Source: Thermoleophilia bacterium (lineage in GTDB: Bacteria > Actinomycetota > Thermoleophilia > BMS3ABIN01). Taken from it: a DNA stretch of 54,562 nt. This document shows, piece after piece, positions 26,424-36,352 of this stretch. Location of the stretch: contig JBAZWE010000005.1 in assembly GCA_041660545.1 (NCBI GenBank), forward strand, positions 1 to 54,562, read 5' to 3'. The position numbers were made by a program, and so were the translations under genes. Position 1 is the stretch's first letter. Every line of letters begins with the position of its first letter. The notes beneath the pieces were generated by a model. It worked only from the letters and a program-made list of their open reading frames with translations, was not told the origin of the DNA and did not search any database.

Positions 26424-26858
26424 TCAGGCAGTAGGTTGCCGGAAGCTCCACAGCTTGTTGCCGGTGAAGTTGAGGATCGTAACCGTGCTTATTGCCAGAC
26501 CCTGCGCGACGTATGGGTCGAAACCGGCGTCCTCAATCAGAAGACGCAATATCAACATGTTCAGCGCCCAACTCGTAATGCTGATAATTAAGAATCTGCT
26601 TGCCTGAGAGAAGATATCCCGTTCAGAACTGCCGAAGGTCCAGTAACGATTCAAGAGAAAATTGTTTGTCACAGCCACGGCAAAAGATACCGTACCCGCA
26701 ATCATGTAATGACCTTCAAATTGCCTGATCATTACCCAGAATATAAAAAGGTTGACTACAAAACCGGACGCTCCGACCAGGCAGTATTTCCATAACTGCC
26801 CGATTGCCCGCCTCACGCGGTCGTAACCGATTTTATCTACGATCTTTTTCAAAGCCAT
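26424..26858 (-). CDS. GtrA-family membrane protein (polyprenyl-phosphate-sugar handling)
   Basis: 144 aa with 4 TM helices and the ..NFLLNRYWTF.. motif. Confidence 0.85.
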   Translation of the reverse strand: MALKKIVDKIGYDRVRRAIGQLWKYCLVGASGFVVNLFIFWVMIRQFEGHYMIAGTVSFAVAVTNNFLLNRYWTFGSSERDIFSQASRFLIISITSWALNMLILRLLIEDAGFDPYVAQGLAISTVTILNFTGNKLWSFRQPTA

Positions 26859-26940
26859 TCTCCAGCGGCATTGTCTTCCATCCTATCCTGAACCGAGCTT
26901 AAGCCCTGGATAGGTATATCCCAAACCGGAAATCAGTTTA

Positions 26941-28005
26941 TCATAATTGCCCAAGCAGGGCATCTGAAATATCCCCGGCAAGAGACAGGCATCTCTCAGC
27001 TGTCTCTATATCGCGTGATCCCATGCCACACGACTGCGAAACAAAGGAATGACTGAGCACATCTTCTTGTGAGACACCGCCTCCAAATCCAGCGACTTTG
27101 CCTGCGGCGGCATGTATGTCTCCTGCGAGTTGAGCAGCCGTGATATCGAATGCCTTTTTGCTGGTCGGCACGATTCCCCACCCAAGCATTCCTCCGCGCT
27201 CCATAAAGGCAGCTATCTCCTTCTCGTAAATGAGCATCTCCTGCATGTGCTCGAAGGCGTCAAAATGAAGGATATCTACGTCCGTGGCGGCGAGCAGACC
27301 CCAATCGGTTCCGCCACAGACGTGAGTGCCGGTATAGCCATCGATCGCCGCGTAGCATTCGTTGAGGTTGGCGACTACCTGTTCCCGGGACAGACTGATC
27401 ATGGCCGAACCCACCTGCGTCATATACGGTTCATCAAAAAAGATAACCGGGTGCTGATCGGGCGCCGCGCTTCGTAGACTCTCAGCCTGCCAGCGGCCCT
27501 TGAACGCCAGCGTTTTAACGACAGCTTCAAACAGATCGGCATGATACAGCACCGGCTTTTTCTCGTTATCCGTAACACTCAGACCGTAACTAATGGGACC
27601 GGTAACCTGCCCTTTGGAAAATTTCGCCCCCTGTACAGGCAAACGATCGATGAACAGGGCGAATCCACGTGCAAAATCCTTTGAGAGTGCGCAGTGGCCT
27701 ACGTCATCGGCCAGATAATGTTCATAGAAAACAGCCATTTCCTCAGGAGCTTTTTCCACATCGAAGAAGATGCGGCGCCCCTCAACATCAACAACGGCCG
27801 CCGGCATGCCTTCCGAATACTGCACGTACATGCTTTCACGGAAGTCGATCTTGGGCAGCTGCGGCCAGCACGGGCAAACCGGGTTGTACTTGAGCATCGC
27901 ATCAACAGCCGCCCCGGCGTCAGTATGAGGCAGACTGCCTACGGCCAGTGTGGCGCACTCCGGAAGCGGACCCGTCTTATCGTTCATATTTGTGGATTCG
28001 GTCAT
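26941..28005 (-). CDS. MetE-catalytic-domain/UROD-superfamily-like protein (putative Zn-dependent thiol methyltransferase)
   Basis: 354 aa with a TIM-barrel-like alternation. Candidate Zn ligands H-x-C (THVCGG) and a distal Cys (SQSCGMGS) resemble the MetE HxC...C site. Confidence 0.5.
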   Translation of the reverse strand: MTESTNMNDKTGPLPECATLAVGSLPHTDAGAAVDAMLKYNPVCPCWPQLPKIDFRESMYVQYSEGMPAAVVDVEGRRIFFDVEKAPEEMAVFYEHYLADDVGHCALSKDFARGFALFIDRLPVQGAKFSKGQVTGPISYGLSVTDNEKKPVLYHADLFEAVVKTLAFKGRWQAESLRSAAPDQHPVIFFDEPYMTQVGSAMISLSREQVVANLNECYAAIDGYTGTHVCGGTDWGLLAATDVDILHFDAFEHMQEMLIYEKEIAAFMERGGMLGWGIVPTSKKAFDITAAQLAGDIHAAAGKVAGFGGGVSQEDVLSHSFVSQSCGMGSRDIETAERCLSLAGDISDALLGQL

Positions 28006-28050
28006 GTGATCGGCTCTCCATTATTTTTTAAATTTTCTGTTTCACTGATC

Positions 28051-29199
28051 TCAAGGACGGGAAGCCGCAATCTTCCCGACGGCCTCGAGCGCGGCTTCGA
28101 TTTCTTCGGTGGTATTGAAAAGCCCGACGCTCAATCTGACAGCTCCATTCTCATGCGTACCCATAATGCGATGGGCTCCGGGCGCACAATGCAGCCCCGC
28201 CCGCGAAGCGATGCCATATTCACGATCCAGAAGACCCGCCACCTCGGAGGAAGGCATGCCAGCTATATTGAAAGCGACAAGCGGCCCCCGCGGCTCTCCA
28301 AATGCGGGGCCGTAAACAGTGACATTTTCAATATCCAGCAATCCCTCGTGCAGTGCGGCTGTCAGCATGTTCTTGTGATCCGTTATCTGTTTAAGTCCCT
28401 TTTCCTCAATATATGTTATACCCGCACCTAACCCTGCTATCCCGGGTGTGTTCAAGGTCCCACACTCGTAACGGTCAGGCCTGGCCAGTTCGTCCTGTGC
28501 TTCATCGGAGTGAGTGCCTGTACCTCCCTGTCGTACGGACGCAAGCTCCAGTTCAGGGGAAATATAAAGCAGACCAACACCCTGGGGACCGAGGAGACTC
28601 TTGTGGCCTGTACAGGCCATCATTCCCACGGGCATGCTTTTCATATCCAGCTTCAATGTACCGGCACTCTGGGCGGCGTCCAGCAAAAGCGGTACGCCCT
28701 TTTCCAGCAGTACGTTGTTGATCTCGTCGATCGGCTGAATAACCCCGGTTATGTTGGAAGCATGCGTAAGCACAACGAGCCGGGTCTCCGGCCTGATGGC
28801 TGATACGATATCCTCCGGTTCCAGCCGCCCGGTTGAATCCGTAGTCACGCGAGTTACCTTGACTCCTTGTTTTTCAAGCACTATAAGCGGTCTGGCGACG
28901 GCGTTATGTTCGACGACCGACGTGACCACATGGTCTCCGCAAGACAAAAGTCCATGCAGCGCGATGTTAAGGGAGTCGGTGGCGTTGGCTGTAAAGATGA
29001 TATCGGCGCTGTCGCTGACTCCAAGAAAGGAGGCGGCCTTCTGCCTGGTACGGTGTATGATCCTCGCGGCCTCAACCGCAGTCGCGTGCGCTCCACGTCC
29101 GGGATTTGCGCAGTACGATCTGAGGCACTCGTCAACGGCCTCCACCACCTGAGGCGGTTTGGGACAAGAGCTGGCTGCGTTGTCGAGATATGAGGTCAT
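28051..29199 (-). CDS. Class V aminotransferase-fold cysteine desulfurase (SufS/CsdA-like; selenocysteine-lyase-like)
   Basis: PLP lysine in ..ACTGHKSLLGPQGVG.. and active-site Cys loop ..RAGLHCAPGAH.. Confidence 0.85.
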   Translation of the reverse strand: MTSYLDNAASSCPKPPQVVEAVDECLRSYCANPGRGAHATAVEAARIIHRTRQKAASFLGVSDSADIIFTANATDSLNIALHGLLSCGDHVVTSVVEHNAVARPLIVLEKQGVKVTRVTTDSTGRLEPEDIVSAIRPETRLVVLTHASNITGVIQPIDEINNVLLEKGVPLLLDAAQSAGTLKLDMKSMPVGMMACTGHKSLLGPQGVGLLYISPELELASVRQGGTGTHSDEAQDELARPDRYECGTLNTPGIAGLGAGITYIEEKGLKQITDHKNMLTAALHEGLLDIENVTVYGPAFGEPRGPLVAFNIAGMPSSEVAGLLDREYGIASRAGLHCAPGAHRIMGTHENGAVRLSVGLFNTTEEIEAALEAVGKIAASRP

Positions 29200-29215
29200 T
29201 GTTTTGATATGGTTT

Positions 29216-29710
29216 TCAATAATTGAATTTCTGCTCGACTTCCACGATCATCGGCGTCAGGTTTTCCTGCGGAGCATAACCCTGATCTCCAAGTTTCAAC
29301 ATATTTAGCTTCCTTGAATAGGAAAGTTCCAGAGTATCCTTGCTGCCGAAAGACAGAATGATCAGGTCGGAAAAGGACTCATCCGCAATCGCCTCCACCG
29401 GCCTGGCTTCCGCGATCGCTGAAGCGAATGCGTCGAATTCCTCCGTTTTCCCGCCTACCATGAAAGAAGCTACGCCGCCGTTCGCGTCATATACGAACAG
29501 GCTTATAAAATTTGCCCGGGGAGCCTCTGCCATCGTTCGCTCGCGAACGCCTGAAACGTTATCAAACGAGCCATTCTCTGAAGCCTCTTCATTTCTTCCA
29601 AGAGAGCGGAGGAGAAGCACTGATGCCACTATTACCAGCGCCAGAACCACCATCAAAGTAAAAAATACCTTGACTGGCGCCCTTCGTTTCAGCACTTTTG
29701 TCTTTACCAT
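29216..29710 (-). CDS. Hypothetical N-terminally membrane-anchored protein
   Basis: 164 aa with a basic N-terminus plus one TM helix. No motif recognised. Lies 16 nt upstream of the desulfurase gene. Confidence 0.5.
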   Translation of the reverse strand: MVKTKVLKRRAPVKVFFTLMVVLALVIVASVLLLRSLGRNEEASENGSFDNVSGVRERTMAEAPRANFISLFVYDANGGVASFMVGGKTEEFDAFASAIAEARPVEAIADESFSDLIILSFGSKDTLELSYSRKLNMLKLGDQGYAPQENLTPMIVEVEQKFNY

Positions 29711-29777
29711 CGGCTTCGGTTGCGCATATGAATTTATGATATCCCATCGCTAAGCCGATTCCCACCTGCCGGGCAAG

Positions 29778-29807
29778 TTGCAAAAGTAGCGCCGGAGTTC
29801 GTATATT
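29778..29807 (+). promoter_or_regulatory. Candidate sigma70-type promoter of ileS
   Basis: TTGCAA (29778-29783), 18-nt spacer, TATATT (29802-29807). This leaves about a 55-nt leader with AAGGAA before ATG 29868. Confidence 0.3.
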
Positions 29808-29867
29808 GTATTGTCTTTGAGCTTATTGACGTATCTGCAAGAGCGTGATTTTTAAGGAACATGGTCC

Positions 29868-32800
29868 ATGAACGAGGATAAAAACAAAAAGCAGCTCTAT
29901 AAAGCCGTATCGCCACGTGTGGATTTCGCACGGCTCGAGGAGCAGACACTAATATTCTGGCGGGAAAACGATATATTCCACAAAAGCCAGGAGCTGCGGC
30001 AGGACGGTCCGGAGTTCGTTTTCTTCGAGGGCCCGCCCACGGCGAACGGCATGCCCGGCTCTCACCATGTACTTTCACGAATCTTTAAGGACATCTTCCC
30101 TCGATACCGTACCATGTGCGGCTATCATGTCCCACGAAAAGCCGGCTGGGACACACACGGACTTCCTGTCGAACTCGAGGTGGAAAAACAGCTCGGCATC
30201 AACGGCAAGCAGGACATCGAGCGCATCGGCATCGACAAGTTCAACCAGCTGTGCCGGGAGAGTATCTATAAATATCTCGAAGAGTGGGAGAAGCTTACCG
30301 AACGCATCGCCTTCTGGATAGACACCAGTGACGCCTATTACACCCTGAACAATACATATATTGAAAGCGTCTGGTGGATACTGAAAGAGATCTGGAAGAA
30401 AGACCTGTTGTACCATGGCCACAAGGTGGTGCCTTATTGTTCGCGTTGCGGTACCGCTCTATCAAGCCACGAAGTTGACCAGGGGTACAAGACCGTCGAA
30501 GATCCCTCCGTCTATGTACGCTTCCCACTCGTCGATGACCCGGAAGTCTCCCTGCTCGTCTGGACGACGACGCCATGGACGCTTATCAGTAACGTAGCCA
30601 CGGCCATACACCCGGACATCAGCTACGTGGAAGTAGACGCCCAGGGACAGAGGATGATCATGGCCAGACCGCTGGTCGAGAAAGTCCTTGGTGAGGATGT
30701 CGAAATCCTTCGACAGGTACCAGCCGGCGAACTTACAGGAAGCTCATATATACCGCCTTACGATTTTATGAAGACCGACCTAAAGGCGCACTACATCGTC
30801 AATGCGGACTTCGTATCCTCTGACGAGGGAACCGGAATCGTCCACATCGCGCCGGCATTCGGCGCGGATGATATGGATGTCGGCAGGGAGAACGGCCTGC
30901 CGGTGGTGAACCCGGTGACCGAGGAGGGCCTCTTCGATGAACGAATCACACCGTGGGCCGGGAGATTCGTCAAAGACGCGGATGCAGATATAGTCGAAGA
31001 TCTTCTTCAGCGCGGGCTTTTATTTGCGCACGTGCCCTATGAGCACTCATATCCACATTGCTGGCGTTGTGATACGCCGCTTATCTATTACGCCAAGGCA
31101 AGCTGGTATATCAGGACGACCGCCATCAAGGACCAGTTGTTGGCCTCGAACGAATCAGTCAACTGGTATCCCGACCATATAAAACACGGGCGTTACGGCA
31201 ACTGGCTTGAGAACAACGTCGACTGGGCACTCTCAAGAGAGAGATATTGGGGTACCCCCCTGCCGATATGGCGTTGCGAGGAGGGGCATGAGATCTGCAT
31301 CGGCAGCGTCGAGGAACTAAAGGATCTGGACACGACAGGCGCCGTTAACGATGAACTCGATCTGCACAGACCGTACATAGACGATATAAAGCTCAAATGT
31401 GCAGACTGTGGCGGTCAAATGACCCGGGTCACGGAAGTAATCGATGCCTGGTTCGATTCAGGCAGCATGCCGATAGCCCAGTGGCATTATCCCTTCGAGG
31501 GCGAGGAGCTGTTTAAGAGCCGCTTTCCGGCGGATTTCATCTGTGAGGGAATCGACCAGACGCGTGGCTGGTTCTACAGCCTCATGGCCGTAAGCACTCT
31601 TCTTTTCGGAAAATCCAGCTATAAGAACGTGGTCTGCCTGGGACATATACTTGATCGAGACGGACAGAAGATGAGTAAATCCAAGGGCAACGTTGTAGAG
31701 CCTTGGCAGATTTTAAACAAACAGGGCGCGGATGCATTCCGCTGGTACCTTTTCACCGTAAGCTCCCCCTGGTATCCCCGCCGTTTCTTCGAAGAAGCGA
31801 TAGATGAGGTTGTACGGAAGTTCCTCCTCACTCTCTGGAACACATATTCCTTTTTTGTCGTATACGCCAACATCGACTCTTTCAATCCGGCAACACAGAA
31901 GATTGCGGTCCCCGAACGGCCTTTGCTCGATCGCTGGATCATCGCTTCCCTGCAGCAACTCGTGGAAAGGGTCAGAAACGGGCTCGATAACTATGAAGTA
32001 ACCGCCAGCGGCCGGCACATCCAGGAGTTCGTCGACGACCTCTCAAACTGGTATGTCAGGCGCAGCCGTAGACGTTTCTGGAAAAGTGAGGAAGACGACG
32101 ACAAATTAAGCGCATATTTGACGCTGCACGAATGCCTGGTGACGGTCTCGAAACTGCTGGCGCCGTATACTCCCTTTATTTCGGATGAAATCTATCGCAA
32201 TCTCGTATGCTCAACAGACGTCGATGCGCCGCTCAGCGTTCATTTGAACGACTTTCCTGTTGTTATAGAAAGTTTTCGCGATGAAGACCTGCTGTTCCAG
32301 ATGGATCAGGTTCGGCGGGTAATCAATCTGGGCCGAACAGCGAGGAACAAGGCCGCTATCAAGACAAGGCAACCACTGGCCGAGGCTGTTGTCGTTGCTA
32401 CGAGCGAGGAACAGAAGGCGATCGAGGAGCTTGCTCACCTGGTCCTCGACGAGCTAAACGTCAAGGAGATCAGTTTCGTCACTAACGTAAAACAGCTGGC
32501 TGATGTGAAACTGAAACCGAACCTGCAGAAGCTCGGACCGCGCTTCGGAGCCCGGCGACCCCAGGTCGACGCCGCCATCGCAGCCATGGATCCAGCTCAT
32601 ATCCTTGAAGTAATAGAAGCTCAGGGACAGATTGGTATCTCCGTGGACGGCAAGGAGGAACTGCTAAGTAGCGATGAGATCCTGATCGAGGACGTCGAAA
32701 AGGAAGGTTATTCGGTAGAGCGACAGGCAGAACGTGCTGTCGGCATCAAAACCGTTATCTCCGATGAACTGCTACGTGAAGGACTTGCACGCGAGCTGGT

Positions 32801-33053
32801 GCACAAGGTTCAAAACCTGCGCAAAGAAGCTGGATTCGAGATTGAAGATACGATAACCGTTAACATGTCAGGTTCGGATTTACTGGTCGAAGTCAGCCGG
32901 GAATTCGAACAGGTCTTCATGGCGGAGACTCTTTGCCGCGATATGACTTACACCTCACAGGCGCCTTCGGGTGCCTTCGCTGAGACCATAGTCATCGATT
33001 GCGAGAAGCTCATGGTTTCAATCTTGCGTCTGGGGAGCATCAAGGATAACTGA
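29868..33053 (+). CDS. ileS: Isoleucyl-tRNA synthetase (type 2, long form)
   Basis: HIGH-region variant PGSHHVLSR, KMSKS loop, CP1 editing domain, 1061 aa. Confidence 0.97.
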   Translation: MNEDKNKKQLYKAVSPRVDFARLEEQTLIFWRENDIFHKSQELRQDGPEFVFFEGPPTANGMPGSHHVLSRIFKDIFPRYRTMCGYHVPRKAGWDTHGLPVELEVEKQLGINGKQDIERIGIDKFNQLCRESIYKYLEEWEKLTERIAFWIDTSDAYYTLNNTYIESVWWILKEIWKKDLLYHGHKVVPYCSRCGTALSSHEVDQGYKTVEDPSVYVRFPLVDDPEVSLLVWTTTPWTLISNVATAIHPDISYVEVDAQGQRMIMARPLVEKVLGEDVEILRQVPAGELTGSSYIPPYDFMKTDLKAHYIVNADFVSSDEGTGIVHIAPAFGADDMDVGRENGLPVVNPVTEEGLFDERITPWAGRFVKDADADIVEDLLQRGLLFAHVPYEHSYPHCWRCDTPLIYYAKASWYIRTTAIKDQLLASNESVNWYPDHIKHGRYGNWLENNVDWALSRERYWGTPLPIWRCEEGHEICIGSVEELKDLDTTGAVNDELDLHRPYIDDIKLKCADCGGQMTRVTEVIDAWFDSGSMPIAQWHYPFEGEELFKSRFPADFICEGIDQTRGWFYSLMAVSTLLFGKSSYKNVVCLGHILDRDGQKMSKSKGNVVEPWQILNKQGADAFRWYLFTVSSPWYPRRFFEEAIDEVVRKFLLTLWNTYSFFVVYANIDSFNPATQKIAVPERPLLDRWIIASLQQLVERVRNGLDNYEVTASGRHIQEFVDDLSNWYVRRSRRRFWKSEEDDDKLSAYLTLHECLVTVSKLLAPYTPFISDEIYRNLVCSTDVDAPLSVHLNDFPVVIESFRDEDLLFQMDQVRRVINLGRTARNKAAIKTRQPLAEAVVVATSEEQKAIEELAHLVLDELNVKEISFVTNVKQLADVKLKPNLQKLGPRFGARRPQVDAAIAAMDPAHILEVIEAQGQIGISVDGKEELLSSDEILIEDVEKEGYSVERQAERAVGIKTVISDELLREGLARELVHKVQNLRKEAGFEIEDTITVNMSGSDLLVEVSREFEQVFMAETLCRDMTYTSQAPSGAFAETIVIDCEKLMVSILRLGSIKDN

Positions 33054-33109
33054 CAGTTACTGACAACGCCTGTTATAAAGAACTCGCTTCGGGGAAAGAG
33101 GAGGACAAT

Positions 33110-33538
33110 ATGTATGCAAAGATACTTGTAGCAACGGATGGTTCAAAAAACGCAGTCATGGCCGTAGAGAGCGCGGCCGAAGTGGCGCGCCTGGCAGGGT
33201 CGACCGAGGTTCTTGTCGTTCATGTATGCCCAGCATGCACAGCCGACCTGGACCCGGATGACAAGAACCGTGAGCTGGCCGAAGTCATAGTCCAGGATGC
33301 CGGCAAGGTGATCACCGAAGCCGGGATTCCTGTTCGTACACGGGTGGAAATCGACGCGTCTCCGGATCTGACCGGCACTGCCATCGCTGATATCGCAAAA
33401 GAGGAAGACGTCGATCTGATTGTGCTGGGAAGCCGCGGACTGAGTGAATTCAAGGGCATGTTGCTCGGAAGTGTAAGCAACAAGGTGCTACAGAAGTCTC
33501 ATTGCCCGGTCCTGGTGATCAAAGATGAAGAGGAGTAG
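33110..33538 (+). CDS. Universal stress protein (UspA family)
   Basis: 142 aa with ..ILVATDGS.., ..DLIVLGSRG.., ..GSVSNKVL... AGAGGAGG SD. Lies 56 nt after ileS. Confidence 0.9.
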   Translation: MYAKILVATDGSKNAVMAVESAAEVARLAGSTEVLVVHVCPACTADLDPDDKNRELAEVIVQDAGKVITEAGIPVRTRVEIDASPDLTGTAIADIAKEEDVDLIVLGSRGLSEFKGMLLGSVSNKVLQKSHCPVLVIKDEEE

Positions 33539-33940
33539 ATCGTACAGCACCCGATAATTGTCTTTTTTGGTATCTGAACGTCGAACATGTTTCATCTTTT
33601 GGGAGTGAACACAGATCGCTCTGACCAAAGAAGCAGTTATCACAGGATTCATCCGCAAGTTCGTTGCGATCTTCCCTCGACGCCCGGTCAGGTTCCGTGG
33701 CGATTCTGATATTGCCGTATAACTTCATTGCTCCCTTGCAGCGAATGACTGGGGGTTGAATACTATTCCAACGAACTCTTACCTTCAATAGCAGTATCAG
33801 CAAATAGTCCGCAAATTGGTCGATTTATTTTCCTGAAAAGATTCTCATTTGCCGGAAATATTTTTGATACGTTTTTAACCTACTTTGTATTCCTTGTTTG
33901 CTATCATATGGCGTGCCACAGAAAGAGCTGTTTACTTTAA

Positions 33941-34657
33941 ATGAAACAAATCTTATCCAAATTTATGATATGCCTGTCGCTTGTCAGCTTGACGTTTATT
34001 TCCGCAGCCGGCTGCACTGATGACGACAAGCCTGCCGAGGTAGCTGTCCCAACCAGGACGGCAACAACCGGCACAACGACTTCTACACGTCCCGTGCAAA
34101 CAGGAATCGTTCTCGACCCCAACCTGCAAAGTATTACCGGTATGCCCTCCCCTGAGGAGATGATAAGTTTGATCGCCCTGCAGGGAAAAGTGGCTTATCC
34201 GGTACAGGTTCCAACACAGCTACCATCAGGATATCGTCTTGATACCGAGCTGACCGGTTCAAGTAGTGCTTCCGCCAAGGATCCCGTGGGCTACTACAGC
34301 TACAGGTATTCCGATCCAGGAAATGAAAGCCGCACATTGACCTTCAACCAGAGTCATGCAAACAGCAAGCCCCTGTCCGGATACTACCTTACCGAGACTG
34401 AGATCAATGGCGTGGCCTATCAGGTTTACTGGCACAAGACGAGAGAATATCTGCCGGCTGGAGATCCGGTCAAATCCGACACAGTCGGTGATGCGGAAGT
34501 CTTTGTCGTCATCTGGAAAGGCGAGTTCACCGACAGAGCCGGGAAAACGCAGGAGCTCTGGTACAGCATGTCCACGGGCACCTGGACTGGTCACGGATGG
34601 GGTGACGTGAAAGCCATACTTGCAGGAATGAAACCGCTTTCTGGTGTCGGGACTTAA
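33941..34657 (+). CDS. Hypothetical lipoprotein
   Basis: Signal peptide with lipobox ISAAGC followed by a Thr/Pro-rich linker. No catalytic motif recognised. Confidence 0.6.
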   Translation: MKQILSKFMICLSLVSLTFISAAGCTDDDKPAEVAVPTRTATTGTTTSTRPVQTGIVLDPNLQSITGMPSPEEMISLIALQGKVAYPVQVPTQLPSGYRLDTELTGSSSASAKDPVGYYSYRYSDPGNESRTLTFNQSHANSKPLSGYYLTETEINGVAYQVYWHKTREYLPAGDPVKSDTVGDAEVFVVIWKGEFTDRAGKTQELWYSMSTGTWTGHGWGDVKAILAGMKPLSGVGT

Positions 34658-34674
34658 GTTTCAAACACGTTAAT

Positions 34675-34703
34675 AAAAAAGAGGCGATCATTTCAATCGC
34701 CTC
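34675..34703 (-). terminator. Rho-independent terminator ending the long minus-strand array (after the dehydrogenase gene)
   Basis: Stem GAGGCGAT (34681-34688) / ATCGCCTC (34696-34703) with a 7-nt loop, followed on the minus strand by TTTTTT (34675-34680). Confidence 0.65.
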
Positions 34704-34729
34704 CAGTTGAAATTAAATCAGCCTGTGAG

Positions 34730-35731
34730 TTATTCCATCGTCGAGATTATCGCGTCAGCCATCTCGGAAGTGCCAGCGGTTCCACCCAGGTCGTAAGTTA
34801 CGGTTTTTCCTTCGCCAATGACGGTGCGTACGGATTTCATCACACGGTCCGCTGCCTCATTTTCCCCCAGATGCCTTAACATCAAAACGGCGGACAGGAT
34901 GGTTGCCGTTGCATTGGCCTTGTTCTTCCCCGCATATTTGGGAGCACTGCCGTGAACCGGCTCGAAGACGGCCATGGTATCGCCGATATTAGCTCCAGGC
35001 GCCACACCTAGTCCGCCCACCAGCCCGGCGCACAGATCCGAGACGATGTCACCATACAGATTAGGAAGCACAAGGACATCGTAGAGTTCCGGCTTCTGCA
35101 CAAGCTGCATGCACATGTTGTCCACGATACGGTCTTCGAACTCAATATCACTGTAATCCTGGGCCACATGCCGGACCGATTCAAGAAAAAGGCCATCGCT
35201 GCATTTCATGATGTTGGCCTTATGCACGGCCGTTACTTTGTGACGCCCTTCTCTGCGGGCGTATTCAAAAGCGAAGCGCGCTACACGCTCTGAGGCGCTC
35301 CGGGTGATGATCTTGATACTCTCGGCGGCATCCGGTCCCACCATGTGTTCTATGCCCGCATAGAGGTCCTCAGTGTTCTCTCTGACGATCACGAGGTCTA
35401 TATCCTCGTAGCGGGACTGGACTCCGGGGATGCTAAAAGCGGGACGCAGATTTACATAAAGGTCCAGCGTCTGCCTCAATGTAACATTGACACTTCGAAA
35501 ACCGCTTCCCACCGGTGTTGTAACAGGACCCTTCAAGGCGACGCGCGTATCCCTTATCGAGGTCAGCACGTTATCGGGTAGTGGAGTTCCATACTCTGCC
35601 ATCGCATCAAGGCCAGCATCCACCACCAACCATTCGATCGCAACACCGGAAGCATCCACGACACGCCTGGCTGCCTCCGTAATCTCTGGTCCGATACCAT
35701 CACCGGGAATCAACGTTACTCTGTGAGCCAT
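34730..35731 (-). CDS. Isocitrate / homoisocitrate dehydrogenase (beta-decarboxylating dehydrogenase family, NAD-IDH-like)
   Basis: ..[10 protein letters not shown].., ..[32 protein letters not shown].., ..[10 protein letters not shown]... ATG 35731 (AAGGGAG 5 nt upstream) is preferred over ATG 35749. Confidence 0.85.
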   Translation of the reverse strand: MAHRVTLIPGDGIGPEITEAARRVVDASGVAIEWLVVDAGLDAMAEYGTPLPDNVLTSIRDTRVALKGPVTTPVGSGFRSVNVTLRQTLDLYVNLRPAFSIPGVQSRYEDIDLVIVRENTEDLYAGIEHMVGPDAAESIKIITRSASERVARFAFEYARREGRHKVTAVHKANIMKCSDGLFLESVRHVAQDYSDIEFEDRIVDNMCMQLVQKPELYDVLVLPNLYGDIVSDLCAGLVGGLGVAPGANIGDTMAVFEPVHGSAPKYAGKNKANATATILSAVLMLRHLGENEAADRVMKSVRTVIGEGKTVTYDLGGTAGTSEMADAIISTME

Positions 35732-35808
35732 GCCATCTCCCTTTTTCATTTAGGCGAATGTCACACCCGCCAGCAAAATCAAAAATTCAAGCGACGCGAG
35801 TTTCGCGC

Positions 35809-36312
35809 CTATGTTTCCAGGTGAAAATCTCCATACTTCTTAAAATGCTCGACGAGCCCGCCATCGCCCAGTATTTTTACCATCACCGGCGGCAGCGGCT
35901 CGAATGCAAGTGTTTTGTCACGTGTCACGTTTCGGACAGTCCCCGCTTCCAGATCGACCTCCAGCTCGTCTCCTTCTTCAATACCCGATGTGTCGATCTC
36001 AAGCACCGGCAATCCTACATTTATCGAGTTACGGAAAAAGATGCGTGCGAATGATTGGGCAAGGACCGCGTTGACTCCCGCGATCTTGATGATGCGTGGC
36101 GCGTGCTCACGGCTGGATCCCAGCCCGAAATTCCTGCCTGCGACCACAAAATCCCCGGGTTGCATCTTCGATGCAAATTCAGGATTCGCATCTTCAAGCA
36201 CATGCTTTGCCAGTTCCGGCAGATCCGTGCGCAGGTGGAAATATCTCCCCGGCGCTATGTGGTCGGTGGATATGCTGTCTCCGAATTTCCAGGCTTTGCC
36301 TTTTAAAATCAT
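35809..36312 (-). CDS. Aconitase-superfamily dehydratase small subunit (LeuD/HacB-like)
   Basis: 167 aa with ..STDHIAPGRYFHLRT.. substrate loop and ..GRNFGLGSSREHA.. Confidence 0.88.
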   Translation of the reverse strand: MILKGKAWKFGDSISTDHIAPGRYFHLRTDLPELAKHVLEDANPEFASKMQPGDFVVAGRNFGLGSSREHAPRIIKIAGVNAVLAQSFARIFFRNSINVGLPVLEIDTSGIEEGDELEVDLEAGTVRNVTRDKTLAFEPLPPVMVKILGDGGLVEHFKKYGDFHLET

Positions 36313-36352
36313 TTCCTGTAGCTTCCGTTTTCAGATTTTAGCCTCTGGTTCA

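Noticed and set aside
29711-29867. T-box or other riboswitch leader upstream of ileS.
   Set aside because: The leader is only about 55-155 nt. It has no T-box sequence (AANNNGGGTGGTACCGCG-like) and no specifier/terminator-antiterminator arrangement that I could fold.
33519-33803. Minus-strand ORF encoding a Cys-containing small protein (from ATG 33728: MKLYGNIRIATEPDRASREDRNELADESCDNCFFGQSDLCSLPKDETC..).
   Set aside because: The SD (GGGAG) is only 2 nt from the ATG. The 3' end overlaps uspA by 20 nt, and I recognise no family. It may be real (C-x2-C...C...C) but cannot be supported from sequence alone.
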